64,000 bases of DNA, taken from Fistulifera solaris (taxonomy: Eukaryota). The translations under genes were made by a program, and so were the position numbers. This document shows positions 47,723-60,995 of the stretch, piece by piece. The stretch is taken from assembly GCA_030295235.1 (NCBI GenBank), contig AP026139.1:682001-746000 (forward strand), read 5' to 3'. Each line of letters begins with the position of its first letter. Position 1 is the first letter of the stretch. The notes under the pieces are model-generated. The model saw nothing but the letters and a program-made list of their open reading frames with translations, searched no databases and had not been told where the DNA came from.

Positions 47723-48678
47723 TTATTCATCACTACTACTGTGACTATTGTTGCGTTGCAATTTTGGAGGATCCACTGATAATGTCGTTTGTATCCATGT
47801 AGGAAGTGTTGACGATGTCGTTTTGTTACGCGCTGGTTCTTGGTGTTGAGTTTCCGTTTCATCCCGTGACCACCAGTACGGATCTTGTTCAGACCGACTG
47901 GCCCATTCATCTTGCACGGAAACAAAATCGACGGATCCTTCGTCTCGAAGATCGTGCTGACTGTCTCCTCCTCCTCCTCTCCAGAAAAAGACCGAATCCC
48001 ACCATGATGATGATGATTCACCCGTTTGCGATTGCCTTGTCGTAAAAAATGATGTTTCATGTTGATGATGATTCGGAGGATTCTCTCTCGTCCATTCTAA
48101 ACCATCGGGTAAGAAGGGTTCTCGTATATCATGCCGTGAAATATTCTCATGACCTTCCCACCACCACGGTCTCCTCCGTAGGGATGCTTCATGATCCAAC
48201 AAAGAACGCTGCAAATCATCCCGATCCCGTTGCACTTGAAATCGATAATAATACCGTAAAAGAAAGAATCGTATGCATTCCATGACGGTAATCATCCACA
48301 ACCAAATTTGCAAGGCGATGCGTCGTGTCGGATCATGTCCGTACGGAGGAGGCGCATGCGCTACCGTCAAGAACAGTATCGCTCCACCGGATGCAACCGC
48401 AATGAGGATCCACGAAATACGCGCACTCCACAATAATGTCGATCGTTCACAAACCCAATCAGTACTAAAACCACAACAACTCCAGACAGACCGTAACCCC
48501 AACAACGCCGCGGCGACTCCGGCTACCCAATCAAACGAACGATGTCGTTTTGGTTCGAGCCATAAACAGGTCAGTAAACCGACGGTTAAGCAGATATCAA
48601 AACAGATCCATAATTGCAATGTCTTTTGAATGTTCCGTCGACTGCAACAGAAATAATGACTGGGAATGCGAGCGTCAA

Positions 48679-48714
<36 letters not shown>

Positions 48715-48805
48715 GAGTCAAGCGTGTCGTAACGGGCATAGGAGATGCCGCGGCGATATCCCAGGGACTCATATTATTGTCGTTCTCATCGTGTTCTTCT
48801 GTCAT
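47723..48805 (-). CDS. Hypothetical multi-pass membrane protein with poly-Asn tract
   Basis: Long ORF with about four hydrophobic segments. Confidence 0.6.
48679..48714. repeat. (TTG)n microsatellite encoding poly-Asn on the minus strand
   Basis: About 11 perfect units. Confidence 0.9.
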
Positions 48806-49559
48806 GATTGCGTGTGCATGGAAGAGAAAAGGAAATAATAATACATGAGGAAAAAGAAAATGGAATGGGAATATACTTGTACTTGTACACGAATCATCAT
48901 CATCATCGTCCGTTGTCGCGTCGCGCGTCGCCGCTGTCAAGAAAATTCGACGGGAAGAGAAACAAGTCTTTCTCTACCGCAGTGTACAAATGAGTACCGA
49001 TCCGACGTTTTCAGGCAAGACGCAGCTAACGGTCGACGGGCGGTCCAAATGCGTGAAACTAAACTAAACCCGCTTGTACCTGGTACGCTTCGGGGCTCCA
49101 TGCTTTTAATTTGAATTTCCTTTTTAAATTCAACATTTGACTGCTTTTTCAATTTTTTTCTATCTTTACGCAAATAATTAAACTGGTATGTAGAGTCCTG
49201 AGTCCTGAATCATCATCATCATCATCGTGAACCGTGAACCCGTTCCCCAATGTAGGGGAATCGCCAATACCAATACTGGTACTTACGTACTTACTCGAAA
49301 CGGTACCGGTATTTAACTCGAAACGGTGCCCACTCCGAGCTCCGAGTGATAAATTATGAGTCTAACGGTACCACCAATCGCAATGACACTTGAAGAAAGA
49401 GTACTGGTAGGGAAAATTTAGATTCGCCCAAATTGTGAGGCGGAATCTCAAGGAGCCAATCGTGCGATGTAAACTAGTTGCACAACGTCATATTTCCTAA
49501 AATTCTCGAATTGCTTCATCAAACGAATAGAACCGGAAGCAGTATCCTCTTGTCGTGGA

Positions 49560-50504
49560 ATGCGACCCATCCAAATGGTAGAGGACAATCCATCGGATAG
49601 TAGAACTGTGCACCGATCCGATGTCGACTCGCGATGGCAACAAATCTTGGAGATTGTGTTGTGTATTTGCGCTCTGGTAGTCGCCTATTGGTTTGACGGT
49701 TGGAAGATCAACAATCGACCTACTCCCTATCAATATCTCGCTCAAGAAGACGTTTACGTGCGCGATCTGGCTCATGATGAGCATCTCAATTATACCTGCT
49801 TTGTCGACAACTCGGCTCTGCACTTTGTGGCCATCTTCTTGCCGCTATTATCGCAGATTGGTTGGTCCCTTCTTTTGTTGGGAAGAAAACAATGGTTTAA
49901 CGAGATGCATGGAATAGTATCGTGCACCTGTTTTGCCCTGGCACTGGATACGTTCATTACGTACGCCATTAAATGTTATGTCGGATATCTCCGACCCGTG
50001 TATTACGATCACTGTCGACCATTTGAAGATTATCATGGATGTACCACCAACAAGAGCTTTATTCATGTTTCCTTCCCCAGTTCACACAGCTCGCTGTCAT
50101 TTTGTGGCATGACAATTCTTGCCTTGTTTTTGGATCGGACATGGCGACAATACAGAAGTCGCCACCGATATCACATGGCCCTGAAAAGCGATTTGAAGAT
50201 TGCGACAGGCGACTCTTTGATCTTGCTTCAAGCGACTAAAACAGACCGGTTTGTATCACTGCTTTGCGTAGTGACCCCCATGGCCTTGGCCTTGTTTGTG
50301 AGTTGTACGCGCATTTACAACAATTTTCACTATCCGGCCGATGTTTTAACAGGAGCCGTTTTGGGTGGTGCGATTGCGATAGTTTGCCACGGATTTTGGT
50401 TCGCTCACGGACGCGACATTCAACTGGTCCAAATATATAAGCCGAATTCTATTGATATTCCCAAAATCATAGATGAGGAAGGGGAAGAGATGATGGAAGA
50501 GTAG
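49560..50504 (+). CDS. PAP2-family lipid phosphate phosphatase
   Basis: KCYVGYLRP, SFPSSH, TRIYNNFHYPADV; several TM segments. Confidence 0.88.
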   Translation: MRPIQMVEDNPSDSRTVHRSDVDSRWQQILEIVLCICALVVAYWFDGWKINNRPTPYQYLAQEDVYVRDLAHDEHLNYTCFVDNSALHFVAIFLPLLSQIGWSLLLLGRKQWFNEMHGIVSCTCFALALDTFITYAIKCYVGYLRPVYYDHCRPFEDYHGCTTNKSFIHVSFPSSHSSLSFCGMTILALFLDRTWRQYRSRHRYHMALKSDLKIATGDSLILLQATKTDRFVSLLCVVTPMALALFVSCTRIYNNFHYPADVLTGAVLGGAIAIVCHGFWFAHGRDIQLVQIYKPNSIDIPKIIDEEGEEMMEE

Positions 50505-51295
50505 CAAATACCTAGCACGTAGCATAGCACGCAAAACAAGGGTCTAATCGTAGCCGTCACACGAACTCTTGCGGAAACTATGAGAGGAACGAAACCCTTC
50601 GCGAGGGACATAGAGATGGAAAGCGTTTTCAGTGATTGGAAAACAAACCCCACAACACGTTCTAGGAACCCAAAGCCTTGCCGCTAGCGCACAAGCTCCT
50701 AAAAAAGAAAGAAACGGTGATCAAGAGTCCAAAATGGTATTTGTCTGATTCCGAGTCTTCATCGTCGTGGGACAGCTCGTTTCGTTTGCATGTACGTAGG
50801 ACAGAAACGAAAGTCTAAACGAACGCAGAGCATCGAGTTCAATTTACGTCGACCCATCGACCAGAAACGTATCGATATGATGTTGACCCTTCAATCACTG
50901 GTAATGATCCCTTGTCCGTTTGCAGGCGAAAAGCGAAATCAGAGATTTCCAGCAGATGCAAAGAAAATGGTCAAGGGAAAGGAGACCAACATGAACTCTA
51001 CTAGACTAAACACTATTTGGCTTAGTTATTTTTTCATAGCTTGAGAAGGGAATTGCTTATAACTCATTTAGCTTTGTAAATATAGATGTCTATCCAATGC
51101 CCTAGTTTTGAATATTGTGTAAAGTGTGTACACTTGACTTGATGAGGAGGAGTGAGTCGTCGGCAAATCTTCAGTCCCGGAAGTGGCGGCGATACCAGTA
51201 ATATGATGATGATTATTTCATTACTACTTCAAAAAGTAAAACGAAGACGCTTTCAAACTCACTCGTTCTTGCTCATTTGCTTTTTTGAAGCGAAA

Positions 51296-52389
51296 ATGAG
51301 TATTACCTTGAAATCAGATGTCATTATAATAGGAGCGGGGCTTTCCGGGATGACGGCGGCCTTTCAATTGTTACAACAAGTCAATCCTCCGCAAGTCGTC
51401 GTTTTTGAAGCACGCAATCGCATCGGGGGACGCATTTACACCGTTGAGGAGGGCTTGGATTTAGGTCCGACATGGTTTTGGTCGGAAAACAAACATGTAA
51501 AAGAACTGTTGAGTCTTTTTCGTATCGATTTCTTTGAGCAATACGAAACTGGGCATCATCTCTTTCAGTCCTCGGTCGATGCACCGGTGAAACGATTTGC
51601 GTCTGATGATTCTTACAGCGTACCATCCTATCGCTTCACAGGAGGAACTGTATCGCTTGTGAATGCTCTCAAGGATCAACTAAATCATGATACTATTCAA
51701 TTTCAAAAAGTCGTAAAATGCATACAAGTACTCGAGGAAGAAAAATGCGTGCAGGTGCAACTCGAGAATGGTCAACAATGGCAAGCCTCACACGTGATTG
51801 TTACTTTACCACCACATCTGGCAGCTACCACTCTTTCCTACGATCCACCCTTACCAGCGACGTTGCAGAATATCATGCAATCAACACCGACATGGATGGG
51901 ACAAGCCATGAAAGTGGCATTGCGCTACTCCCAACCGTTTTGGCGCGACGAGCAACTCTCGGGCATGGCCGTCAGTCACACGGGTCCGGTCCAACAATTC
52001 CATGATGCGAGCAATGAGAATGTAGCAGGCTTGTTTGGATGGGTGACCGACCGGGGGACGCGCATGACGACGGAAGCACGTCGCCAAGCTGTTCTGCGAC
52101 AAGTCGTACAACTGTTTGGGCCACAGGCGGCAGTTCCTTTAGCCTATCACGAAATGAATTGGGAGAGGAGCCGCTTACCAACAATGCCGAGGGAAATCCG
52201 GTTGTGGCAAGAGGGCATCCTACCTATGGTCATGCAGCGTTACAAGTTCCTTGGGAAGGACGAGTGTGGTGGGCAACTACAGAAGCGTCTCACGTGAGCG
52301 GAGGATACTTGGATGGTGCGATTTGTATCGGACGCCGTGTTGCTCAAGCTGTAGCGGAGCGATTGAAGCAAGAAGTGGATGAATCATAG
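51296..52389 (+). CDS. Flavin monoamine oxidase-family protein; apparent frameshift near 52163
   Basis: IIGAGLSG; EARNRIGGR; DLGPTWFW; TE...GGYLDGA. Confidence 0.85.
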
Positions 52390-52439
52390 CTGCACTCAAC
52401 AATTGAACACGGTTTCTATTTCCTCTTCTATTTCTATGT

Positions 52440-53549
52440 TCAGAACGCAAGCAGACGATGAACCTCCATTCGATAACCATCCGTCAGATCGATCAAACAG
52501 TGGGTGCAAGTCATGCTGTTTATTTGATGGATGGCTTGATTATACTTTTCTCGGATCGAGGCTGGTATGGTTGCTCCATCAGAGACTCGTCGACGCAAAA
52601 ATCGATCCTGGTATTCAGTCTCCCCCTGAAAGGACTGCTCCGTCGTCCACTGAGTGTTTGTAGGTGCGATGGTGCGCAGATTGTTATTGAGAACGTTCTC
52701 AACGGAGCCATTCCTTCCGGCAAATCCGTAGATACTTTGCAGTAAATCAAAATTGAAGGCACCTGGATCCAGATTTCTTCCAGGACGATTGGTGTAATCC
52801 ATGCACTCACCTGTATTGATGTTGGTGTATATTCTGAGGAAAGGTACCGGGCGCGTGAGAAAACATCGATCACAACGATCCGCACACACATTCCCAGATT
52901 ACTTACTCGTCCGTGTGCGCCAATCCGAATCCGTGACCCAATTCGTGACACATGGTGTACTGTTTCTGATCTTCTTCGTGCAACCAATAATCATTTAACA
53001 TGGCGACACTATTAACCATGTATTGACCGTTGGTTAATGCCACATTGATTCCCCCTCCAATCCGTCTGCCCGTAATTGCCATTGCATACTTTGATACGTC
53101 CTTCGGAAGGCGTACATTCCGAATCAACAGCAACACGCTGAATACTTAAAGCCAATGGGTCCACGCTGCCGTATCCAGCGTCCCATCGACTCACCCATTG
53201 TTCCAAATAGGGAGTCCACGAGTCGTCGAGTGCATTTTCGATTATTAAATATAAACCGTTGTTGCTTCCTGGAAGAAGCCGCAGGCCACAAGAGTGTATC
53301 ATTGCGACCTGGAGGATCTTGTTGTACCAAAAACTCAACGGGTTGTGTCGCGCCGGTCCAAACAACAATCCCAATAGCAATTGCAACCACGATCAAAACG
53401 CCGAGACATACCAAACACAACAACCGATTCATGCAGGAACATAATAACGAGGAGCAACCCCATTGATTGCTTGACTGCGAATACGACTCATCATCGGTTG
53501 TGATGGAGGGGTATCTTTTTCTTGACTTGTACTCTGGAGCGTTATTCAT
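52440..53549 (-). CDS. Membrane-anchored metzincin-like zinc protease, copy 1; intron 52906-52834; frameshifts near 53300 and 53050
   Basis: HELGHGFGLAH (HExxHxxGxxH) followed by GECMDY Met-turn; N-terminal TM. Confidence 0.75.
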
Positions 53550-54052
53550 GCTATTGATTGTCGGCGATATGTTGATTGGTCGATTGGACGAAAGAATTGT
53601 GAGACTTTTGCTTCATCATCGTTGGCGAAAGGGTTTTTCCGCAAAACCCAGTTGTACAAGTACGTGGCAGTGAAGACAATGCGCGACTCCATCAACGCTC
53701 GTTCTATCTGACTGCACGTTGACCCCAAAGCACGGTACATATTGAACTATAGACCAAAAATTTCAATTTTGAACTCATCGCAACACCAAAAAAGCACGAT
53801 CGATTGTGATGAAAAAGAAAGTTGAGAGAAGTTCCCTAGCAAGAGGCGAGCGCCTTCTTGAAGAACAAAAGATAAAGCACGATTAGGTTTAGCACGATCC
53901 AAACGAATGGATTACGATTTGTTTGACCGAATGGCGCACGAATCGATGATGACAAGACATCTGTCACTCTTTATCGAGTTACAACAGAAAAACTCAATTC
54001 AAAAGTCTTGGTGATAGCTCTAGGTATGAATAATGATTAGCGACTGAAATGC

Positions 54053-55041
54053 TCAAGGCAAAAGCTTATGAACAAAGATGCGGTACCCATTCGAAAGATC
54101 GAGTCGGCAATCGGCACAAGACACATCTCGACTCGCTTGTTCCACCGCTGCTCGGTATTCATTGAGTATACCTGTCGACTGTGCCCTAGCTAGACTCAGT
54201 CCTGGACGCAAAGAACGGCGCTCGGTATTTCCGTACAGTCGATGCAACAAGTTGAAATTGTATTCCCCACAATTTAAATTGTCTTGCGGAAATTCCGTGT
54301 AATCCATGCACTCTCCTGTGGGTTCATTGAAGTATTCTCTGGACAAGACCGATAGAACAAAACGTGAATGATTGAGCGCTCAAGTGATGTAATTTTACAA
54401 AAGAGCAACGCCTTCCAGTCTCCTACTTACTCGTCGGTGTGCGGAAGACCCCATCCGTGTCCCAATTCATGACACATTGTGTATTTCCTCTGAACATCAG
54501 TGTTTTGCGTGTCAGCGAGATTAATCCAGTAGTCATTGTACTTTGAAATGCTATTCTGAATGTAATTGTTCTCGTCCGTCAAGGCGATATTAATGCCACG
54601 CCAATCTGTTTCGCCGTAGTTTCCGTTACACGTCTTGAGTTTACCCATGATAGGCTCACATTCCGGATCCACAGCTACACGCTGCACCGAAAGTGAAAGC
54701 GGATCAATCGAATTCGTGCCGTTCGAATAACCACCATCCCACTTTTGAATGTATTCCTCAAAGGATGGAGTCCACGTTTCATCGAGGGCATTCAAGACTT
54801 CCACTTGCACTCCACCTTGACCAGTGGGTTGTCTCCATAAAAGAGTTTCATTGCGCCCTGGTTTGTCCGATGGTACCAATGTGTCTCCTGAGGCGTAGAA
54901 AATCCCCGCCACGAGCATGTAAATTACAATTGCCACGGCAATACAACAAAGTGAAGAACAGATCCAGCAGATGATGCTTCGCATGCATGAACACACAAAG
55001 TTCCAACAGGAAGCTGTTTTGGAAAGCGTCTGTGTTGTCAT
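54053..55041 (-). CDS. Metzincin-like protease, copy 2; intron about 54430-54339
   Basis: HELGHGWGLPH; GECMDY; same intron position after HTDE. Confidence 0.82.
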
Positions 55042-55374
55042 GAGAAAGTCGCTAAAAATGAGATAGATTGGTATTCGTGTCAATCGTAAGGAGATTGGAA
55101 GCAGTTTTCGCTTTCGCGCTTTGTTCCCATTTTTGGTTTTGAGATTTGTGAGGAAGAAAAAGTTTCTTCGTCGAAAACCTCGAAAACTCTCGTGACGAAT
55201 CTGTCATCCGACCGGACTTCTCAATTTCATTATTTTGCAAGGTGACGGACGTGATCGAGTCTGACTAGGATAATGTTTCAAAAGGAGCCATCGTGCAGTT
55301 ATATTCATTGTTCATTGAACTTTATCTTTCTAGTTTCCTTACATGTTGGTATACTCGTTAAACTCGCTGGAAAG

Positions 55375-56358
55375 TCAAACCAAGAGCTTATTTACAAAGA
55401 CGCGATATCCCTGCGAAAGTTCGAGGGTACAGTCGGTGCAAGACCGGTCTTGACTGGCCTGTTCGATCGCGGCACGGTATTCTTGCAGAGTTCTCTCCGA
55501 CAGTGTCCTAGCTTGAGGACGCAGAGCTCTCTTGTGTGCGCGACGCTCGAAATTTCCGTACAATTCGTGCAACAAATTGAAATTGAATTCCCCGCAGTCT
55601 AAGTTTCGTCCAGGGAACTGTGTGTAATCCATACATTCTCCCGTATTCACGTTGTAATAGTTTCTGTTGTAAAAGAATGTGTGAGAGTGTTGTGTCCTAA
55701 GTTGCTGAAGGTTTTCATTGACTTACTCGTCCGTGTGGGCAAGACCCCATCCGTGTCCGAGTTCGTGACACATGGTGTACTTCATCTGATTATCATCGTT
55801 CTGCATATCACCAACCGTCATCCAGTAATCGTTATACTTGGAAATGCTGTTTTGGATGTAATTGTTTTGATCGGCTAGTGCAATATTGATTCCTCTCCAA
55901 TCCGTTTTACCATAGTCACCATTACACGCCTTAAGTTTCCCATCGACCGGTTCACATTGCGAGTCAACTTCCACACGTTGTACCGTCAGCGAGAGGGGAT
56001 CAACGGTGTGCGTTTCATTCTGGAAACCGGCATCCCACTTTTGAATGTATTCCTCAAAGAATGGAGTCCAGGTATCGTCGAGGGCATTCAATACTTCCAA
56101 TTGCAGCCCTCCTTGACCGGAAGGTTCTCTCCAAAGCAGTGTATCGTTGCGTCCGGGCATATCCGAAGGCACTAATACGCTAGCAGGATCGTTCATTAGA
56201 GTATCCAGCGTCTCCTGATCTCCTGTCAGAAGGACGTAAAGCACGACGGCTACGGCGATACTGAGGGCGAGCGTAAATACCCAGCAGATGATGCTGTTCA
56301 CGCAACCGCAAAGAATGCTGCAACAAGAAGGCTCCTTGGGTTGTGAACGTGCTGCCAT
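55375..56358 (-). CDS. Metzincin-like protease, copy 3; intron about 55726-55664
   Basis: HELGHGWGLAH; GECMDY; same intron position. Confidence 0.82.
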
Positions 56359-56928
56359 GGTGAATAATTATGCTTAATTATAAGGTGGTGCTGTTTCAGA
56401 GGATGCTTTTGTGATTTGTGTCGAAAGTGCCAAAAGAAAAACGATTGAGTAGATTTTGTCCTCATTCGTGGGCGTTTTGGAGCAGACGCTCTATCGAATG
56501 GGGTGTACCCAGACATGGCGAGCCAGAGCGAGCACCGCATTGGGCCTATGTCGTGTCTCGGACTGTCCGTTAAGGACATTACTATCGGTTTCAAAGTAGT
56601 ATGTACTACAATATCTATTAGCAAAGAAACCAGTCAACGGTCTCTCGGAGTACTTCGCGCACTTCTTTCGTATCAGTTCATCGGATGCTTTTTCTCGTTT
56701 CGCGCACTTTTCGAACCCAAACATCAACCACAAATCGAATTCGAACTCTTCGCACATCTTCGAATTAGCTCTTTTTCGAATCATCTATTCTTCTTTACAC
56801 AACGTTGTTCCTTTGGAGCCCAATTGTGAATGGGAGTATCTCAAACATGTTGGCGCGAGTTCTTCTTCGAGACTCGCTGATGAAGATGTTTCCACATTAT
56901 CATGTCTTTCGATGACCACAGGAAGAGG

Positions 56929-59652
56929 ATGACAACAATACGCTCTAATTTATCACAACGTTGAATGTCTTCGTCTTTCAGGTGCTTTTCCTAGCAGTGA
57001 AGGCGTCAAAAGATACTCAAGGCAGATCTAGAAGAATGAATGGGGAACAAGAATTACAAATTGAGCATGCGCATGCGGTCCTCTTTCCTGCCTTCACCTT
57101 GCTCCTCGGCGTCGTCACCTTTCTGGTTCTCGCTCGTTCTTTCAAGGCTTTACCTTATACGGCTGTCATGTTTCTTTTGGGGACCGTCATGGGTATATGG
57201 GTAGAGCTTGCTGAATACAGCACCGATCACATTACGGAAAGCTTGCGACTATGGATTCCCATTGATTCCGAAGTGCTCCTGCTCGTTTTTTTTACCCGGT
57301 CTTATTTTCAAAGATGCCATTAGTTTGAATGTTCATCTGTTCGCTATGGCTATCTTGCAGTGTCTCATCTTTGCGTTCCCCCTGGTGCTGGCGGGGACCG
57401 TCCTGACGGCTATGGTCGCTTATTACATTTTCCCCTACAACTGGTCATGGGATTTGTGTCTTGCCTTTGGGAGTATTCTGGCGGCTACTGACCCGGTGGC
57501 AGTAACTGCATGTAAGTTGGAACGCGTCTGTAGGTATGAGTCGTTGTAGCCTCTGCTAAAGGATGGCTGACATTCTCTTTCTCTCCTACAAAGTATTGGA
57601 GCAAGTCGGAGCACCTCCTCGACTGAAGATTCATATTTACGGAGAATCTTTGCTCAACGATGGATCCGCAATCGTCTTCTTCAGTATATTTTCAGAACGC
57701 TTCTATTACCTGCTAAACGTGGAGGGACTCGGGGAGGATATTGGTTGGGTCGAAGGAACCCTGATGTTTTTGAAGAAGTCATTGGGAGCCGTTGTGATTG
57801 GCTTTGCATTCGGTGTTGGTCTACTTTTGCTTCTCGGACTATTAAGTCATCGTATGAGTCGGACGGAGAATGTCGTCGAAGTAATGGCCATGGCTGCTGT
57901 GGCGTACACGGGATTCTATGTGGCAGACTATGTCTGCGCTACATCTGGTATAATTGCGACTGTGACGAGCGGTGTTACTGTCAAATTGTTTGGGCGGGCG
58001 CTCGTGAATGATGTACAGCTGGTCGACGATTTTTGGGCTCTTGTGCAGCAAATCTTGAACACTGTTTTGTTTGCTCTAGGTGGAGCGGTATGGGGATCGG
58101 TAGTTACTCGTGGTCAGCAAGATGGTCTATTTACAGGGACGGATTGGGGTTATATGATACTGCTATATGTTCTGTTTCTTTGCATCCGGGCACTTTTGTT
58201 TGTGGTTTCATACCCTACAACCAAGAGCATCGGTCTATCCACCAACGTGAAGGAAACGGTATTTATGGTACACGGCGGACTCCGTGGCTCGGTAGCAATT
58301 GCGCTCGCGCTAGCTCTTGATAATCGCGTTCATGCCGTTGGCGCATCTCAGCAGTACATCGATCAGACGACGACTGCCTTTTCCATGATAGGCGGAGTCG
58401 CTTTTCTGACGCTCATTTTACAAGGCGTTACAGCAAGTCCACTTATTAAGTATCTCGGCTTAACGAGATCATCAAAATCCCGTAAAAAGATTTTGAACGC
58501 TTTGCAAACTCGGTACAGACTCGCTATGGTAGACGAGATGGTTCGCTTGCTGACACAAAAGCGATTCCATGAGGTGAATTTCGCTTTGGTTAAACATCAT
58601 ATACCACTTTTACGTGACTTGACCCGACAACAACTTCGAGACTCCGTTGAGAAATTTTGTGAGAAGACTCCGGCAGAAGATTACGTTCCACCGTATCTGA
58701 AACGAATTTTACCGTATTTAGCGGAAGATAATGAGGAAGAATCAGAATATCAGAAAAATGTCGGCTTCGAACGCAATGAAGATGGTCTGCACACAGATGC
58801 GTACGATGGTGTATCACAAGGTCATCGCAAGACGAAGAGGCGCCAACGTCAAAGTAATATGCGCTACATGATGGCAGAAGATCGTCTCACCATAAAGGAA
58901 ATGCGCCTATTGTTCCTATCTATCATGAAAGCTGCCTACGAACGTCAGATCAATGATGGCGAGTTGGCAGACAAAGAGTTTCTTACCTTGGCTTTGTATC
59001 AAAGTTTAGATTGTGCTGAAGACGACGTGTCAAATGGAAAATCAATCAATGATTGGATTCACGCTACTGCAATGGATGGTTTGTTGCAAGGTATGGCAAA
59101 ACGCTGCATCAACTGCTCAGTTGTGACGTATCTTTTGAAAAGACTAATATAAGTTTGAGACGATTGGACATTGAACGAGCACTTGCATTCATGGAAGCAC
59201 ATCGGTGGGCGCGGGATTATATCCAGAAAGAATTTCAGGACTCAGACAGAGAATTGGCTGAGGAAGTTAAGCTCGTCATGTCAGAATCTCAGTGCCAATG
59301 CGAAAAAGCCTCGACTGTTTTCGTTCAGTATGACCGGCACGATGTTACAGATATCGTTTCGCACAAATTTTGTTCTATTGTTATTAGCAGTGCCGTCAGC
59401 TGTATAGAGAAGCTGGTCAGAGCTGGGTTAATGCATGAGACCGAAGCCGAACATGTTGTGACAGAAATGGAGAATAGCTTGATCGGTGTCCGCACTTGTC
59501 GCCTCCGAGACCATCCAGGAGAAGTGCCTACGGACATGTATGATGACGAGGAAGAGCAAGAAAGAGTGCACCATGAACGAGCTACAGGATCTTTAGCCAA
59601 GCAGTCCAAAGTAAAGGATACCTTGACGCAAGAAGAGTCCTTTCTGGAATGA
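56929..59652 (+). CDS. CPA1 Na+/H+ exchanger, SOS1/NHX7-8-like, copy 1; intron 57512-57593; frameshifts near 56950, 57290 and 59145
   Basis: ATDPVAV; GESLLNDG; GGLRG; colinear with copy 2. Confidence 0.82.
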
Positions 59653-60810
59653 ACATGCTTGGCAGCTTTAAAGTCCCAGCGTAACATATAACATGTGAAG
59701 GGGGGAGCTTAGTCACGTATGTGAAGAATTTATATGAATAAAATTGAAGCTGCCTTTCAAGTCGAGACTATGGTAGAATTCAGTTTTGCTAATTTGGCAC
59801 AATGACATAAAGGAACTTGAGCTATATCGACTCGAAAGCCAACCGCGAGGTAATCGAAAGTAGTTATTTCTAGTCGTGCTAGAACAAACCGCAGGGTCCG
59901 CTGGGGAACAACTGCCTCCACCCTGAATTGGTGGTGGGAGGTTTGAGCGTTTGAAATTGCTCGGAGCCACCCCGTACGATCTGGAAGGTCTAACTTCTCT
60001 ATACGCCATGGGGGCGGCCAATACGTAGAGGTCGCTTTCCAATAAAGTGTCAGGCCCTGATAACTCATACTGAGCCCGGACGGCAAAAGTAAGCGTTGCG
60101 AGTTCCGAAAGCTTACGGCCAGCGGTATCGCGTTCGGTATTAGCCATAATTGCCGGTGGGGTAGCGACCAGTGCCATCGCGATGTCCCAAGTGTTGATCC
60201 TTCTCTTCGACGCATGTTAGAACAAGTAACTATGCAGATCTACGACCCGTGGTGAGGAAAGATGACCTAGGAGATGGACCGCCGAAGTTGATTGCTGCCA
60301 TTTAACGTGAATCGCCATAAAAAGAGCCGTAGTAAGTACGGTAACTCGTACAAGCAGGCATGCAAACATGCGTGCATCCGGGCATCGTAGCAAAGTGTGT
60401 AGTGTCGTTTCGTTCGAAGCGCCGCATTTTTTTGTCCCTTTTCATACTTTGAGTGCGATAATTCATGTCGATCATGGCGTATTGGTACGCAACATCCATG
60501 TTGCGGAAAGTAAGAGAGACTTTGGTAATGGGTAAAAAATGAACCCAATGGACCGAATTTGAGAATTCTTCGCACTAGACGATGTGTGCTCGAAAACCGC
60601 AAGCTCAGACAAATTCCCTGTGAGAACTACTACATTCTGAACGTGAAAGCGGATGAAATAAGAACACAAAATGAGTTCTGGCGATGATAAGTTGATGTTG
60701 AGCTTTAAAGATAACGGGAAGGAGACGAGCGAACGAATGATGATCTTTGCTGCCGTTCACCAACCTTGTAAGAAGTAAGAATACCAGTATGTGCTGTCGT
60801 CACTGCCCAG

Positions 60811-60995
60811 CCAGAAAATCTGGGAATGTGGTGTTCTGACATGCCCAGAAAATCTGGGAGTGTGGTGTTCTGACATGCCCAGAAAATCTGGGAGTGTGGT
60901 GTTCTGACATGCCCAGAAAATCTGGGAGTGTGGTGTTCTGAAATGCCCAGAAAATCTGGGAATGTGGTGTTCTGACATGCCCAGAAAATCTGGGA
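60811..60995. repeat. 34-bp tandem minisatellite, 5.4 copies, each with a palindromic core
   Basis: Unit GCCCAGAAAATCTGGGARTGTGGTGTTCTGACAT; cores start at 60811 + 34n through 60981. Confidence 0.95.

Noticed and set aside
60324..60347. Group II intron domain V-like GAGCCGTA...TACGGT
   Set aside because: Too short, lacks the upper stem and loop, and has no other intron domains
59700..60670. RNase P/MRP RNA or a protein gene between the exchangers (GGAAGGTCT at about 59983; several 60-150 aa minus-strand ORFs)
   Set aside because: No complementary P4 partner was found and the ORFs have no recognisable motifs; left unannotated
60811..60995. CRISPR array (palindromic ~34-bp periodic repeat)
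   Set aside because: The intervening segments are near-identical rather than unique spacers, there are no cas genes, and the context is eukaryotic
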